NCBI GenBank assembly: GCA_031549385.1
Contig: JAVBPW010000001.1
Span: 64,001 to 128,000 of the forward strand
Source of the DNA: Alphaproteobacteria bacterium
GTDB taxonomy: Bacteria; Pseudomonadota; Alphaproteobacteria; Rs-D84; SZUA-605
Direction of reading: 5' to 3'
DNA length: 64,000 nt
Under the pieces are notes generated by a model. It saw only the letters and a list, made by a program, of their open reading frames with translations. It did no database searches and was not told the origin of the DNA. Shown here one piece after another: positions 21,936-30,270 of this stretch (the stretch's first letter is position 1; each line of letters starts with the position of its first letter). Position numbers and translations under genes: made by a program.

Positions 21936-23659
21936 TTATAAAAAGGCTTCCAGAACATATTATTAATCAAATATGTGCCGGAGAAATTGCCGAGAAGCCT
22001 TCTTCTATTATAAAAGAGTTAATTGAAAATTCTATTGATGCTGGAGCTTCTGAAATTAAAATACTTTTGGAAGATGCTGGAAAATCTAAAATAGTTATTT
22101 GGGATAATGGATCTGGTATGAGCAAGGAAGATTTGCTTTTATCAGTGGAGCGTCATACTACTTCAAAACTTAAAACTGATGATTTGTTTAATATTACTTC
22201 CCTTGGATTTAGAGGTGAAGCTTTGGCTTCGATTGCATCTGTTGCTAAATTGAAAATTATTACAAGCAATGGAAATGAAGCTTGGGAGTTAAAATTAGAA
22301 GATGGAAAAGCTTTAACTTGTACTCCTGCTTCACGAGTTCAGGGAACTACTGTAGAAGTTTCTGATTTGTTTTATAAAATACCTGCTAGAGCTAAGTTTT
22401 TAAAATCCGATAAATCTGAGATGAGTGCTATTAATAACCTTATTGAAAAAATTGCTATTGCGAATCCAAATGTATATTTCAATGTAAATGATAAATTGAA
22501 GTTTAATAAAGGCTCTTATGATAATAGAATTTCTGAAATAATGGGAGATGAGTTTTTTAAAAATTCATTAAAAATTGATACACAAAGGGAAAATTATAAA
22601 CTTGATGGATTTATATCACTTCCATCTTATAACAAAGGGAATTCACTAAATATCTATATTTTTGTAAATGGAAGAATTATTAGAGATAAAAATTTAACCA
22701 CACTCATTAAAGTTGCATATCAAGATGTTATGGCTTATGACAGATATCCTGTTTGTGTTCTTAATTTACATGTAGATCCTCATGAAGTTGATATTAATGT
22801 TCATCCTTCTAAATTAGAAGTTCGTTTCTTACAAGAAGGTAAAATAAGGTCTTTTATTATGTCTGCTTTAAAGCAAGCTATTAATGATTACTGTTTGAGA
22901 GATTCATTCCAAAATGTAGAAAAAAACTTTGCTATTAATGAACAAATAGACCTTTCTAGCGAATCAGGAAAAGTAACTGAACATAGTATCTTTGATTTTA
23001 AATATGATAGAGGCGAATCAACTTCAAAACCACCTTATCCTAGTTATTCAAAACCTTTACAGGTTCATCAACATATTCCTCAAATTGAAGATGATTATCC
23101 TTTAGGTTTTGCTGTTACACAAATGTTTAAAACATATATTTTATCAAAAGCTGGAAATGATTTCTTTATTATAGATCAACATGCTGTACACGAAAGAATT
23201 GTTCTTGAAAAAATTAATAATAGAGAATTTAAAAGACAAATACTTCTTATACCTGATCAGTTTAAATTAGGCGATGAATATGTTGAAATTATAAATAATG
23301 TAAAAACAGAAATAGAAAGTTTAGGGGTTATTTTTAAAACTGAAAATGACGAAGTCATTATTATTGAAATTCCTGATTATTTATATAGACAAAACTTAAA
23401 AGAAATCTTTATTAAAATATGTGAAGAAATTGCAGAATTTGATTTTTCAAAGGCTTTGGAAAAGACTATTCATAAAATTAATTCAACTGTTGCTTGTCAT
23501 GGATCTATTCGAGCTGGACAAGAATTGTCTGTTGATGAAATGAACGCAATACTGCGACAACTTGAAATCACCCCTAGGGCTAGTGTGTGTAATCATGGTC
23601 GACCTACATTCTTTAAGGTTGACAAAAAATGGTTAGACAAATTGTTTGAAAGAATATAA
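21932..23659 (+). CDS. mutL: DNA mismatch repair protein MutL
   Basis: KELIENSIDAG, GFRGEALASI; C-terminal DQHA.HER, ACH and CNHGRP endonuclease motifs. Confidence 0.98.
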   Translation: MIIKRLPEHIINQICAGEIAEKPSSIIKELIENSIDAGASEIKILLEDAGKSKIVIWDNGSGMSKEDLLLSVERHTTSKLKTDDLFNITSLGFRGEALASIASVAKLKIITSNGNEAWELKLEDGKALTCTPASRVQGTTVEVSDLFYKIPARAKFLKSDKSEMSAINNLIEKIAIANPNVYFNVNDKLKFNKGSYDNRISEIMGDEFFKNSLKIDTQRENYKLDGFISLPSYNKGNSLNIYIFVNGRIIRDKNLTTLIKVAYQDVMAYDRYPVCVLNLHVDPHEVDINVHPSKLEVRFLQEGKIRSFIMSALKQAINDYCLRDSFQNVEKNFAINEQIDLSSESGKVTEHSIFDFKYDRGESTSKPPYPSYSKPLQVHQHIPQIEDDYPLGFAVTQMFKTYILSKAGNDFFIIDQHAVHERIVLEKINNREFKRQILLIPDQFKLGDEYVEIINNVKTEIESLGVIFKTENDEVIIIEIPDYLYRQNLKEIFIKICEEIAEFDFSKALEKTIHKINSTVACHGSIRAGQELSVDEMNAILRQLEITPRASVCNHGRPTFFKVDKKWLDKLFERI

Positions 23660-23710
23660 TTTGACAAAAAAAATAATCTTAAATTTTTTAAATTTTTCTT
23701 TGTAAATTCT

Positions 23711-23738
23711 CTTGAATCTTAATTTTTGACTCCTAGAT
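23711..23738 (+). promoter_or_regulatory. RpoH-like promoter upstream of the atypical greA paralog
   Basis: CTTGAA-N15-CCTAGAT, close to the CTTGAA-N16-CCTATAT in front of dnaK in this window. Confidence 0.5.
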
Positions 23739-23811
23739 GTTTGATAGGGAAGAAGGCAAAAACTAACAAGGCTGCCTAAATGGGCGGGCTCCAAAACAAA
23801 GGAGACTAATT

Positions 23812-24285
23812 ATGCAGAGAGAACCTATTACAGTTACAGGTAAACAAATATTAGAACAAGAATTAAAATATTTAAAAGAAATTCAAAGACCAATCATTAT
23901 CAATGAACTTGCTAATAACATAGAACTTGGTAATTTGCCTGAAAATGGTGGTTATGAAGCTGCTAAAGAAGAGCAAGGATTAACTGAAGCTAGAATTGCC
24001 GAAATTGAAAGTGCTCTTGCATCATCTTATGTTATAAACCCTTCTGAATTTAAAGGCGATGGGAATATAAAATTTGGTGCAAGAGTTATGTTAGAAGATA
24101 ATGATGGAGTTTTAAAAATTTACACAATTGTTGGTATTCCAGAAATAGATGTTCGTAAAGGACGCATTCCTTTCAATTCACCCATTGCTCGTGAATTAAT
24201 TGGAAAAAAAGTTGGTGATCAAGTGATTGTTGTTACTCCAAGTGGCGAGAAAATTTTCGAAATTAAAAGAGTTGAATACACTTAG
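23812..24285 (+). CDS. GreA-family factor, atypical (tip GNLPENGGY; Asp41 replaced by Asn)
   Basis: Full-length alignment to the neighbouring GreA; SP.ARELIGK C-terminal motif; AAGGAG SD. Confidence 0.9.
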   Translation: MQREPITVTGKQILEQELKYLKEIQRPIIINELANNIELGNLPENGGYEAAKEEQGLTEARIAEIESALASSYVINPSEFKGDGNIKFGARVMLEDNDGVLKIYTIVGIPEIDVRKGRIPFNSPIARELIGKKVGDQVIVVTPSGEKIFEIKRVEYT

Positions 24286-24286
24286 A

Positions 24287-24317
24287 ATCAAGCACAAATT
24301 TCTTTGTGCTTGATTTT
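24287..24317 (+). terminator. Terminator-like hairpin after the first gre gene
   Basis: aatcaagcacaaa-tttc-tttgtgcttgatt followed by tt. Confidence 0.65.
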
Positions 24318-24424
24318 GATAAATATTTCATTATATATGAGTTATGAAAATAAATTAATTTAACATAATGAAAATTAACCATCCATTATTGGAATGGTGT
24401 TTTTTTTTAAATGAGGTAAAAATT

Positions 24425-24898
24425 ATGGAACGTAAACCAATTACTCCTAGAGGTAAGGATTTATTAGAAGTAGAGTTAAAAGACTTGAAAGAAGTTAAGA
24501 GACCTGCTGTTATTAATGAAGTTGCATCTGCACGTGAAAAAGGCGATTTGAAAGAAAATGCTGAATATCATGCTGCACGTGAAGCACAAGGATTAACTGA
24601 AGCTAGAATTACTGAAATCGAATCAATTCTTGCTACTTCTGATGTTATAAATTCAAAAGATTTTAAAGGTGATACTCAAGTTAAATTTGGTGCAAAAGTT
24701 TCATTGGAAGATGAAGATGGATTAAAAAAAGAATATACTATTGTTGGTATTCCTGAAAGTGATGTTTCTAAAGGATTTATTCCTTTTAATTCACCTGTTG
24801 CAAGAGCGTTAATTGGAAAGAATATTGGTGAAGAAGTTGAAGTAAGAACACCAGGTGGGGAAAAAATTTTTGTAATCAATGGAGTTGAATACGTTTAA
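24425..24898 (+). CDS. greA: Transcription elongation factor GreA
   Basis: Canonical GDLKENAEYHAARE tip; start set at ATG 24425 after a GAGG SD. Confidence 0.96.
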   Translation: MERKPITPRGKDLLEVELKDLKEVKRPAVINEVASAREKGDLKENAEYHAAREAQGLTEARITEIESILATSDVINSKDFKGDTQVKFGAKVSLEDEDGLKKEYTIVGIPESDVSKGFIPFNSPVARALIGKNIGEEVEVRTPGGEKIFVINGVEYV

Positions 24899-25010
24899 CC
24901 AAAATTAAAAATAGCTAAAAAATCCAAATAAAGTTTGGATTTTTTTTATTTTCTTACTTGTTATATATTGAATTTTATGATATAATTCACGTGTTTATAG
25001 GAGAAAACTC

Positions 25011-27170
25011 ATGAGAAAATTTTTATTAGTATTGACTATTTTATCAGTTGGTGTGCTGGGGGCTGCTAATGCGCAAACCCGCCAAACATCTGCACAAAAG
25101 ACTGAAAATACAGGAGCTAGAGCTGCAAGAACTACAACTTCAACAACTGCTGGATCAAGGGCAACTTCTACTTCTGGAAATAGAGGCACTTCTCAACGTG
25201 CTGCAAGAATGACTCCTAAAACTACTGCTACTACTGAAAGATCTGCTGTTTCTCGTCGTGCTGGTGTTGTGAAAACTGCTGCTCCTGCTGTTACTACTAC
25301 AACTACTACTACTGCTGCGACTACAACTACTACTGCTAAAACTGAAGATGAAATGACTGCTGCTGAATTACAAGCTGCTTATGATGAAAAAATGAGCAAA
25401 GTAGAAGCTAAATTAGGCGTGCAATCTCAATGCCAAGAAAAATTTGCTGAATGTATGGATGCTTCTTGTAAAGATGATACTTATGGAAGATGTCTATGTG
25501 CCGCTTCATATTCAGAACTTAATCCATTAAAAAAAGAAATTGAACAATTGAATAAAGAAACTAATGCTTTACTTCAAGAAGAATTAGCTCGTGCTAAGAT
25601 GACTGAAAAAGAAAGAGAATTTTATGAACAACAAAAAATTTCTTTAAATCTTAAAGATGAAAGTGAAGAAATTGAATACGGCGCTGTTACTGCTGAATCT
25701 TTACTTGCTGATTATAAGAATGCTGGACAAGCTACTGGACCAAAAACAGGAACAGTTTTATTTGGTGATGCTCATAAAGCATGTAAACCAATATTAGACG
25801 CATGTCCCGCTGAAAGCAAAGCTATTTTAACTTATTACCAAAATATGGCTAATAAAGAATGTTCTGTTGCTAAAGCTTCTTTAGAAGAACAAAAAGCTCA
25901 AGCTGTGTTTGCTAGACAAAAAGCAGAATTCACAGTTAAAAAAGCAGCTTATACTACTGTTTCTCAAAAATTAGATAATGCTACTTGTTTATCTGAATTG
26001 CAAGCTCTTGCTCTTACAGATTCTCTTTGTGGAAAAGATTATTCTAAATGCTTAAACTGTAATGAAGATTTTAATGGAAAAACTTATAAATTAGAACTTT
26101 CTAATCCAGCTGATACTACTGATATGACTTCAGCTTATTCAAAATCATTTACTGGATGTGCTGCTTCTAATGTTCAAAAGATGGTTGCAAGAAAAGAAGT
26201 TTATAATACTGTGTTAAATAAGTGTCAAGCTCCTACCGTTGCTTGGAATACTTTTATGATTGATTTTGCTTCTACTATGGAAAAGGCTGAAAGAGATCAA
26301 TTGTTTACTTATAATACTGAACAAAGAGAAAAAGAATTTAATGTTGCTGATACTTGTCAAAAAGATATTGATAAATGTTTAAAAGACATTTGTGGTACTG
26401 GATATATTTCATGTACTGCTAGAGAAAAAGCTGCTAATTATAACCTAGCTTTAATTGGTGAAGAAAATGCTCTTATCGCATGTAACAATGTATATGCAAG
26501 ATGTGACTCAAGAGTTCAAGATGCTCAAAATAGCGGAAGCGACACTTCTTCTATAGATGTTGAATCTATCTGGACAGCTGCTTGGAAGAGAGCTCAAAAC
26601 CAAGCTGATATAACATATCAAAAGAGATTAGCTGCTTTGATTAAAGAAACTGCTGACGTAACAAAAGCTGAATTGAAAATGGAATCTGAAATTGCAGAAG
26701 AACGTGCAAGAGCTGAAAATACTCAATCAAGAATTGGTGATGTGCTTGCTTCAGAAAATGCATTAGAAGATGCAAGACTTGGTGCTCAACTTGCTAAAGC
26801 TGAACTTGAAGAAGCTAAAAATAAAACTGAAAAAGAAGTTGCAAAACAAACTGCTATGAATGCTGCTGGAATGGCTACAGCTCAAAGAGGTTGTGGAAAA
26901 GCTGCTGGTAAGTGGGAAAAGAATAATTGCTTCTGGACAGTTACTGCAAAAGGATACACAAGCAAACGTGGAGTTTTCGGACGTGAAAAATCTCGTGATG
27001 ATAAAGAAAATGTTATAAAGTTTGCTGCTGGATCTAAGTTTACTTGTAACTCTGCTACTATGGGTGTACCAACAGATTATGGTTGTTCATGGGACGGTGG
27101 AACTGTACAAAATGGCCAGTCATATACATTCCCTTCATTGGAAGAATTATCCAGTGACTCAGACTACTAA
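25011..27170 (+). CDS. Secreted Cys-rich, coiled-coil hypothetical protein with a Thr/Ala/Arg low-complexity N-terminus
   Basis: Signal peptide, AGGAG SD, Thr tracts, repeated Cx6Cx4C modules. Confidence 0.85.
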   Translation: MRKFLLVLTILSVGVLGAANAQTRQTSAQKTENTGARAARTTTSTTAGSRATSTSGNRGTSQRAARMTPKTTATTERSAVSRRAGVVKTAAPAVTTTTTTTAATTTTTAKTEDEMTAAELQAAYDEKMSKVEAKLGVQSQCQEKFAECMDASCKDDTYGRCLCAASYSELNPLKKEIEQLNKETNALLQEELARAKMTEKEREFYEQQKISLNLKDESEEIEYGAVTAESLLADYKNAGQATGPKTGTVLFGDAHKACKPILDACPAESKAILTYYQNMANKECSVAKASLEEQKAQAVFARQKAEFTVKKAAYTTVSQKLDNATCLSELQALALTDSLCGKDYSKCLNCNEDFNGKTYKLELSNPADTTDMTSAYSKSFTGCAASNVQKMVARKEVYNTVLNKCQAPTVAWNTFMIDFASTMEKAERDQLFTYNTEQREKEFNVADTCQKDIDKCLKDICGTGYISCTAREKAANYNLALIGEENALIACNNVYARCDSRVQDAQNSGSDTSSIDVESIWTAAWKRAQNQADITYQKRLAALIKETADVTKAELKMESEIAEERARAENTQSRIGDVLASENALEDARLGAQLAKAELEEAKNKTEKEVAKQTAMNAAGMATAQRGCGKAAGKWEKNNCFWTVTAKGYTSKRGVFGREKSRDDKENVIKFAAGSKFTCNSATMGVPTDYGCSWDGGTVQNGQSYTFPSLEELSSDSDY

Positions 27171-27174
27171 AAAT

Positions 27175-27201
27175 AAAGCCTCATGAAAATGAGGCTTTTT
27201 T
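27175..27201 (+). terminator. Intrinsic terminator
   Basis: aaagcctcat-gaaa-atgaggcttt followed by T tract. Confidence 0.85.
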
Positions 27202-27257
27202 AATTGACTTTTATTAATTCAAAACTTATATGTTTAATAAACTTAAATATTAAATAT

Positions 27258-27404
27258 ATGAAAACATATACCGAAGGAGAACAATGGTCTACTCCTAAAG
27301 AAGACCTATCTTTTATACAAAGACACCCTTTAATCTCTGTTATCGGAGGTTGGGGCCTTGTAATAGCTGCAATAGTTATTATTGTATGGTTATTATTACC
27401 ATAA
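27258..27404 (+). CDS. Microprotein A, 48 aa, single C-terminal TM
   Basis: MKTYTEGEQWSTPKEDLSFIQRHPLISVIGGWGLVIAAIVIIVWLLLP; lies between two terminators. Confidence 0.7.
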   Translation: MKTYTEGEQWSTPKEDLSFIQRHPLISVIGGWGLVIAAIVIIVWLLLP

Positions 27405-27418
27405 AACTTATTATAAAT

Positions 27419-27439
27419 GCCTCTATATGAGGCTTTTTT
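27419..27439 (+). terminator. Intrinsic terminator after microprotein A
   Basis: gcctc-tatat-gaggc-tttttt; same gcctc/gaggc stem as the terminator at 27175. Confidence 0.7.
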
Positions 27440-27449
27440 CATTTTATTA

Positions 27450-27478
27450 TTGCTTTTTGTCAATAAATTATCTATAAT
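27450..27478 (+). promoter_or_regulatory. Sigma70-type promoter of the microprotein B-C unit
   Basis: TTGCTT-N17-TATAAT. Confidence 0.6.
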
Positions 27479-27506
27479 TAATAATATAAACTTAAAAAAT
27501 AAATAT

Positions 27507-27725
27507 ATGAACGCTAAAATTAAACAAGGATTAAACCTTGTAAAAAAAATGGGAGTACTTGAATACTTAGAGGCAATTTGCTGGCTTGGTATAGCATTTA
27601 TGTTGTTACTGGTTGCAATTGAGTACAGAACTGAAATAACTTATGCTTGGGTTTTGTCGATAGTTTTTTTAGTTATTACTATTGGAGTTAAACGAATGCT
27701 AAAAGAAGAAAAATTAAAACAATAA
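27507..27725 (+). CDS. Microprotein B, 72 aa, two TM segments, basic tail
   Basis: MNAKIKQG...ICWLGIAFMLLLVAI...YAWVLSIVFLVITIGVKRMLKEEKLKQ; start chosen after the shared 23-nt leader. Confidence 0.7.
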   Translation: MNAKIKQGLNLVKKMGVLEYLEAICWLGIAFMLLLVAIEYRTEITYAWVLSIVFLVITIGVKRMLKEEKLKQ

Positions 27726-27728
27726 AAT

Positions 27729-27863
27729 ATGGCAAACGTTAGCTTTCCTCCGAAAAATGAAACTTATAAACCTAATGGAAATTGGTTTTGGAGTTTTGTT
27801 ATTCCTGTAGCTATGCTCCTTGCAATGATAGGATATCTTATCTTTAAATGCATGGGATATTAA
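27729..27863 (+). CDS. Microprotein C, 44 aa, single C-terminal TM
   Basis: Manual translation MANVSFPPKNETYKPNGNWFWSFVIPVAMLLAMIGYLIFKCMGY; too short for the ORF track. Confidence 0.65.
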   Translation: MANVSFPPKNETYKPNGNWFWSFVIPVAMLLAMIGYLIFKCMGY

Positions 27864-27883
27864 GGTCGGTAACGACCTTTTTT
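27862..27883 (+). terminator. Intrinsic terminator after microprotein C
   Basis: aaggtcg-gtaa-cgacctt followed by T tract. Confidence 0.8.
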
Positions 27884-27908
27884 ATTTAAAATAATTAAAC
27901 CTAAATAA

Positions 27909-28079
27909 ATGAAAAAATTTTTTGAAATTGTATTTTTTATATTAACCATGCTTCTTGGGGCTGGTATGGGAGCTTGTATGTTCCTTACAAAATTTAATGG
28001 CTTTCTTTTTGCACTTTTTATCTTTTGGGTATTTGTAGCTGCAAAAAAAGCAAAAGAAGTTAATGAACCTTTAAATTAA
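27909..28079 (+). CDS. Microprotein D, 56 aa, two TM segments, charged tail
   Basis: Manual translation MKKFFEIVFFILTMLLGAGMGACMFLTKFNGFLFALFIFWVFVAAKKAKEVNEPLN. Confidence 0.65.
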   Translation: MKKFFEIVFFILTMLLGAGMGACMFLTKFNGFLFALFIFWVFVAAKKAKEVNEPLN

Positions 28080-28085
28080 AACAAT

Positions 28086-28232
28086 ATGCATAATATTCCA
28101 GTTGGCTATTTAAAGCCTGATGATTTTGACGATTTTCCAAAAGGTTGTCGTATTGGTGCTCTTGTCATAATTGCAATTTTTCTTATTGGTATTGTAATAG
28201 GACTATTGTATACATTTGATTTAATATTTTGA
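28086..28232 (+). CDS. Microprotein E, 48 aa, single C-terminal TM
   Basis: Manual translation MHNIPVGYLKPDDFDDFPKGCRIGALVIIAIFLIGIVIGLLYTFDLIF. Confidence 0.65.
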   Translation: MHNIPVGYLKPDDFDDFPKGCRIGALVIIAIFLIGIVIGLLYTFDLIF

Positions 28233-28237
28233 TAAAT

Positions 28238-28267
28238 AAAAATGGTCGATGAAAATCGACCATTTTT
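28238..28267. terminator. Bidirectional terminator between the microprotein array and dnaK
   Basis: aaaaatggtcgat-gaaa-atcgaccattttt perfect inverted repeat. Confidence 0.85.
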
Positions 28268-28291
28268 GTTTTAAAAGAATCGGTGGAGATT

Positions 28292-30187
28292 TTACTTTTC
28301 TTGATATTCTGCATCAACGACTTTTTCGTCTTTTGCAGATTCTTGTTGGTCTGCCTGCCCTGCTCCAGCTTGTGATTGTTGTTGAGCTTGGTAGATTGCT
28401 TGACCTAGTTTCATTAAAGCATTTGTTAGATTTTCTGCTTTTGTATTTAATTCTGATACTTCAACACCTTCTTTCTTCAAAGATTCTTTTGCATCATTTA
28501 AAGCAGTTTCAATTTCAGTTCTTTCAGCTGCTGAAACTTTATCGCCATGTTCTTTTAAAGACTTTTCGCCTTCATGAACTGCGTGTTCTAATTTATTTTT
28601 TGCTTCAACCATTTCTTTTTTCTTAGCATCATCACTTGCGTGAGATTCTGCTTCTTTTACCATTCGTTCTATATCAGCATCTGATAATCCACCGTCTGAT
28701 TTAATAGAGATAGATTGTTCTTTTCCTGTACCTTTATCTTTTGCAGATACATGAACTATACCGTTTGCGTCGATATCAAATGTAACTTCAATTTGTGGAA
28801 CACCACGTGGAGCATTTGGAATGCCTACTAAATCAAAGTTTCCTAGTAACTTGTTGTCTGATGCCATTGGACGTTCACCTTGAAGAACTCTTATTGTCAC
28901 TGCTGTTTGATTATCGTCTGCAGTTGAGAATACTTGAGATTTCTTTGTAGGAATTGTTGTGTTACGGTCGATTAATTTTGTAAATACTCCACCGTATGTT
29001 TCAATACCTAATGATAATGGTGTTACGTCTAATAATAACACATCTTTAACATCTCCTTTTAAAACTCCACCTTGGATTGCTGCACCAAGTGCTACACATT
29101 CGTCTGGGTTTATTCCTTTATTAGGTTCTTTGCCAAAGAATTCTTTTACTATTTCTGCTACTTTAGGCATACGTGTTTGACCACCAACTAATAAAACTTC
29201 TTTGATTTCTGATTTTGAAATTTTAGCATCTTCTAATGCTTTTTGACATGGTATTAAAGTTTTCTTAATTAAGTCTGTTACTAAGCTTTCAAGTTTTGCT
29301 CTTGTGAACTTTAAATTGAAATGCTTTGGTCCTGTTGCATCTGCTGTGATAAATGGTAAATTTATATCTGTTTCAAAAGAAGATGATAATTCTATCTTTG
29401 CTTTTTCAGCTGCTTCTTTTAATCTTTGTAGAGCTATTTTATCGCCTAATAAATCAACCCCTGTTTGCTTTTTGAAATCATCTGCAAAATAATCTATGAT
29501 TACTTTATCAAAATCTTCGCCACCTAAGAATGTATCTCCATTAGTTGATTTTACTTCAAATACTCCATCACCAATTTCAAGAATTGAAATATCAAATGTA
29601 CCACCACCTAAGTCATATACTGCTATTAGACCTGTTTGACCTTTATCTAAACCATAAGAAAGAGCAGCAGCTGTTGGTTCGTTGATAATACGTAATACGT
29701 CTAATCCAGCAATTTTACCTGCATCTTTTGTTGCTTGTCTTTGAGAGTCGTTAAAGTAAGCTGGAACTGTGATAACAGCTTGAGTTACTTTCTCGCCTAA
29801 ATAGCTTTCTGCATCTTGTTTCATTTTTTGTAAGATTTTTGCAGAAATTTCTGATGGAGAGTATTTTTTACCTTTTACTTCTACCCATGCATCACCATTG
29901 TCAGCTTGAACTATTTTAAATGGTACAGATTTTATTTCTTTTTGAACTTCTGGATCTGTGAACTTTCTTCCTATTAATCTCTTTACTGTGTAAACAGTAT
30001 TTTCTGGATTTGTCACCATTTGATTTCTTGCAGGTGTTCCAGTTAATGTTTCTGTATCAGTAAATGCAACTACGGAAGGAGTTGTTCTTCTTCCTTCTTT
30101 ATTCTCAATTACCTTTGGTGTTGAGCCATCCATAAAGGCAAAACATGAGTTTGTTGTTCCTAAATCTATTCCTATCACTTTTGACAT
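28292..30187 (-). CDS. dnaK: Chaperone DnaK
   Basis: [28 protein letters not shown]. Confidence 0.99.
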   Translation of the reverse strand: MSKVIGIDLGTTNSCFAFMDGSTPKVIENKEGRRTTPSVVAFTDTETLTGTPARNQMVTNPENTVYTVKRLIGRKFTDPEVQKEIKSVPFKIVQADNGDAWVEVKGKKYSPSEISAKILQKMKQDAESYLGEKVTQAVITVPAYFNDSQRQATKDAGKIAGLDVLRIINEPTAAALSYGLDKGQTGLIAVYDLGGGTFDISILEIGDGVFEVKSTNGDTFLGGEDFDKVIIDYFADDFKKQTGVDLLGDKIALQRLKEAAEKAKIELSSSFETDINLPFITADATGPKHFNLKFTRAKLESLVTDLIKKTLIPCQKALEDAKISKSEIKEVLLVGGQTRMPKVAEIVKEFFGKEPNKGINPDECVALGAAIQGGVLKGDVKDVLLLDVTPLSLGIETYGGVFTKLIDRNTTIPTKKSQVFSTADDNQTAVTIRVLQGERPMASDNKLLGNFDLVGIPNAPRGVPQIEVTFDIDANGIVHVSAKDKGTGKEQSISIKSDGGLSDADIERMVKEAESHASDDAKKKEMVEAKNKLEHAVHEGEKSLKEHGDKVSAAERTEIETALNDAKESLKKEGVEVSELNTKAENLTNALMKLGQAIYQAQQQSQAGAGQADQQESAKDEKVVDAEYQEK

Positions 30188-30223
30188 TGTTTTTTACTCC
30201 TTTTAAGTATCTTATGGTTCTGT

Positions 30224-30252
30224 ATATAGGGCATTTAACATACCCTTTCAAG
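30224..30252 (-). promoter_or_regulatory. RpoH (sigma32) heat-shock promoter of dnaK
   Basis: Minus strand CTTGAA-N16-CCTATAT, the alphaproteobacterial RpoH consensus. Confidence 0.8.
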
Positions 30253-30270
30253 GTTTTTTAGAAAAAATTA

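Noticed and set aside
23745-23800. c-di-GMP-I riboswitch suggested by GGCAAA
   Set aside because: No GNRA tetraloop/receptor or second-stem consensus; kept only as an unassigned structured leader.
28249-28626. 125-aa plus-strand ORF after the microprotein array
   Set aside because: Starts inside the terminator hairpin and is antisense to the dnaK 3' end.
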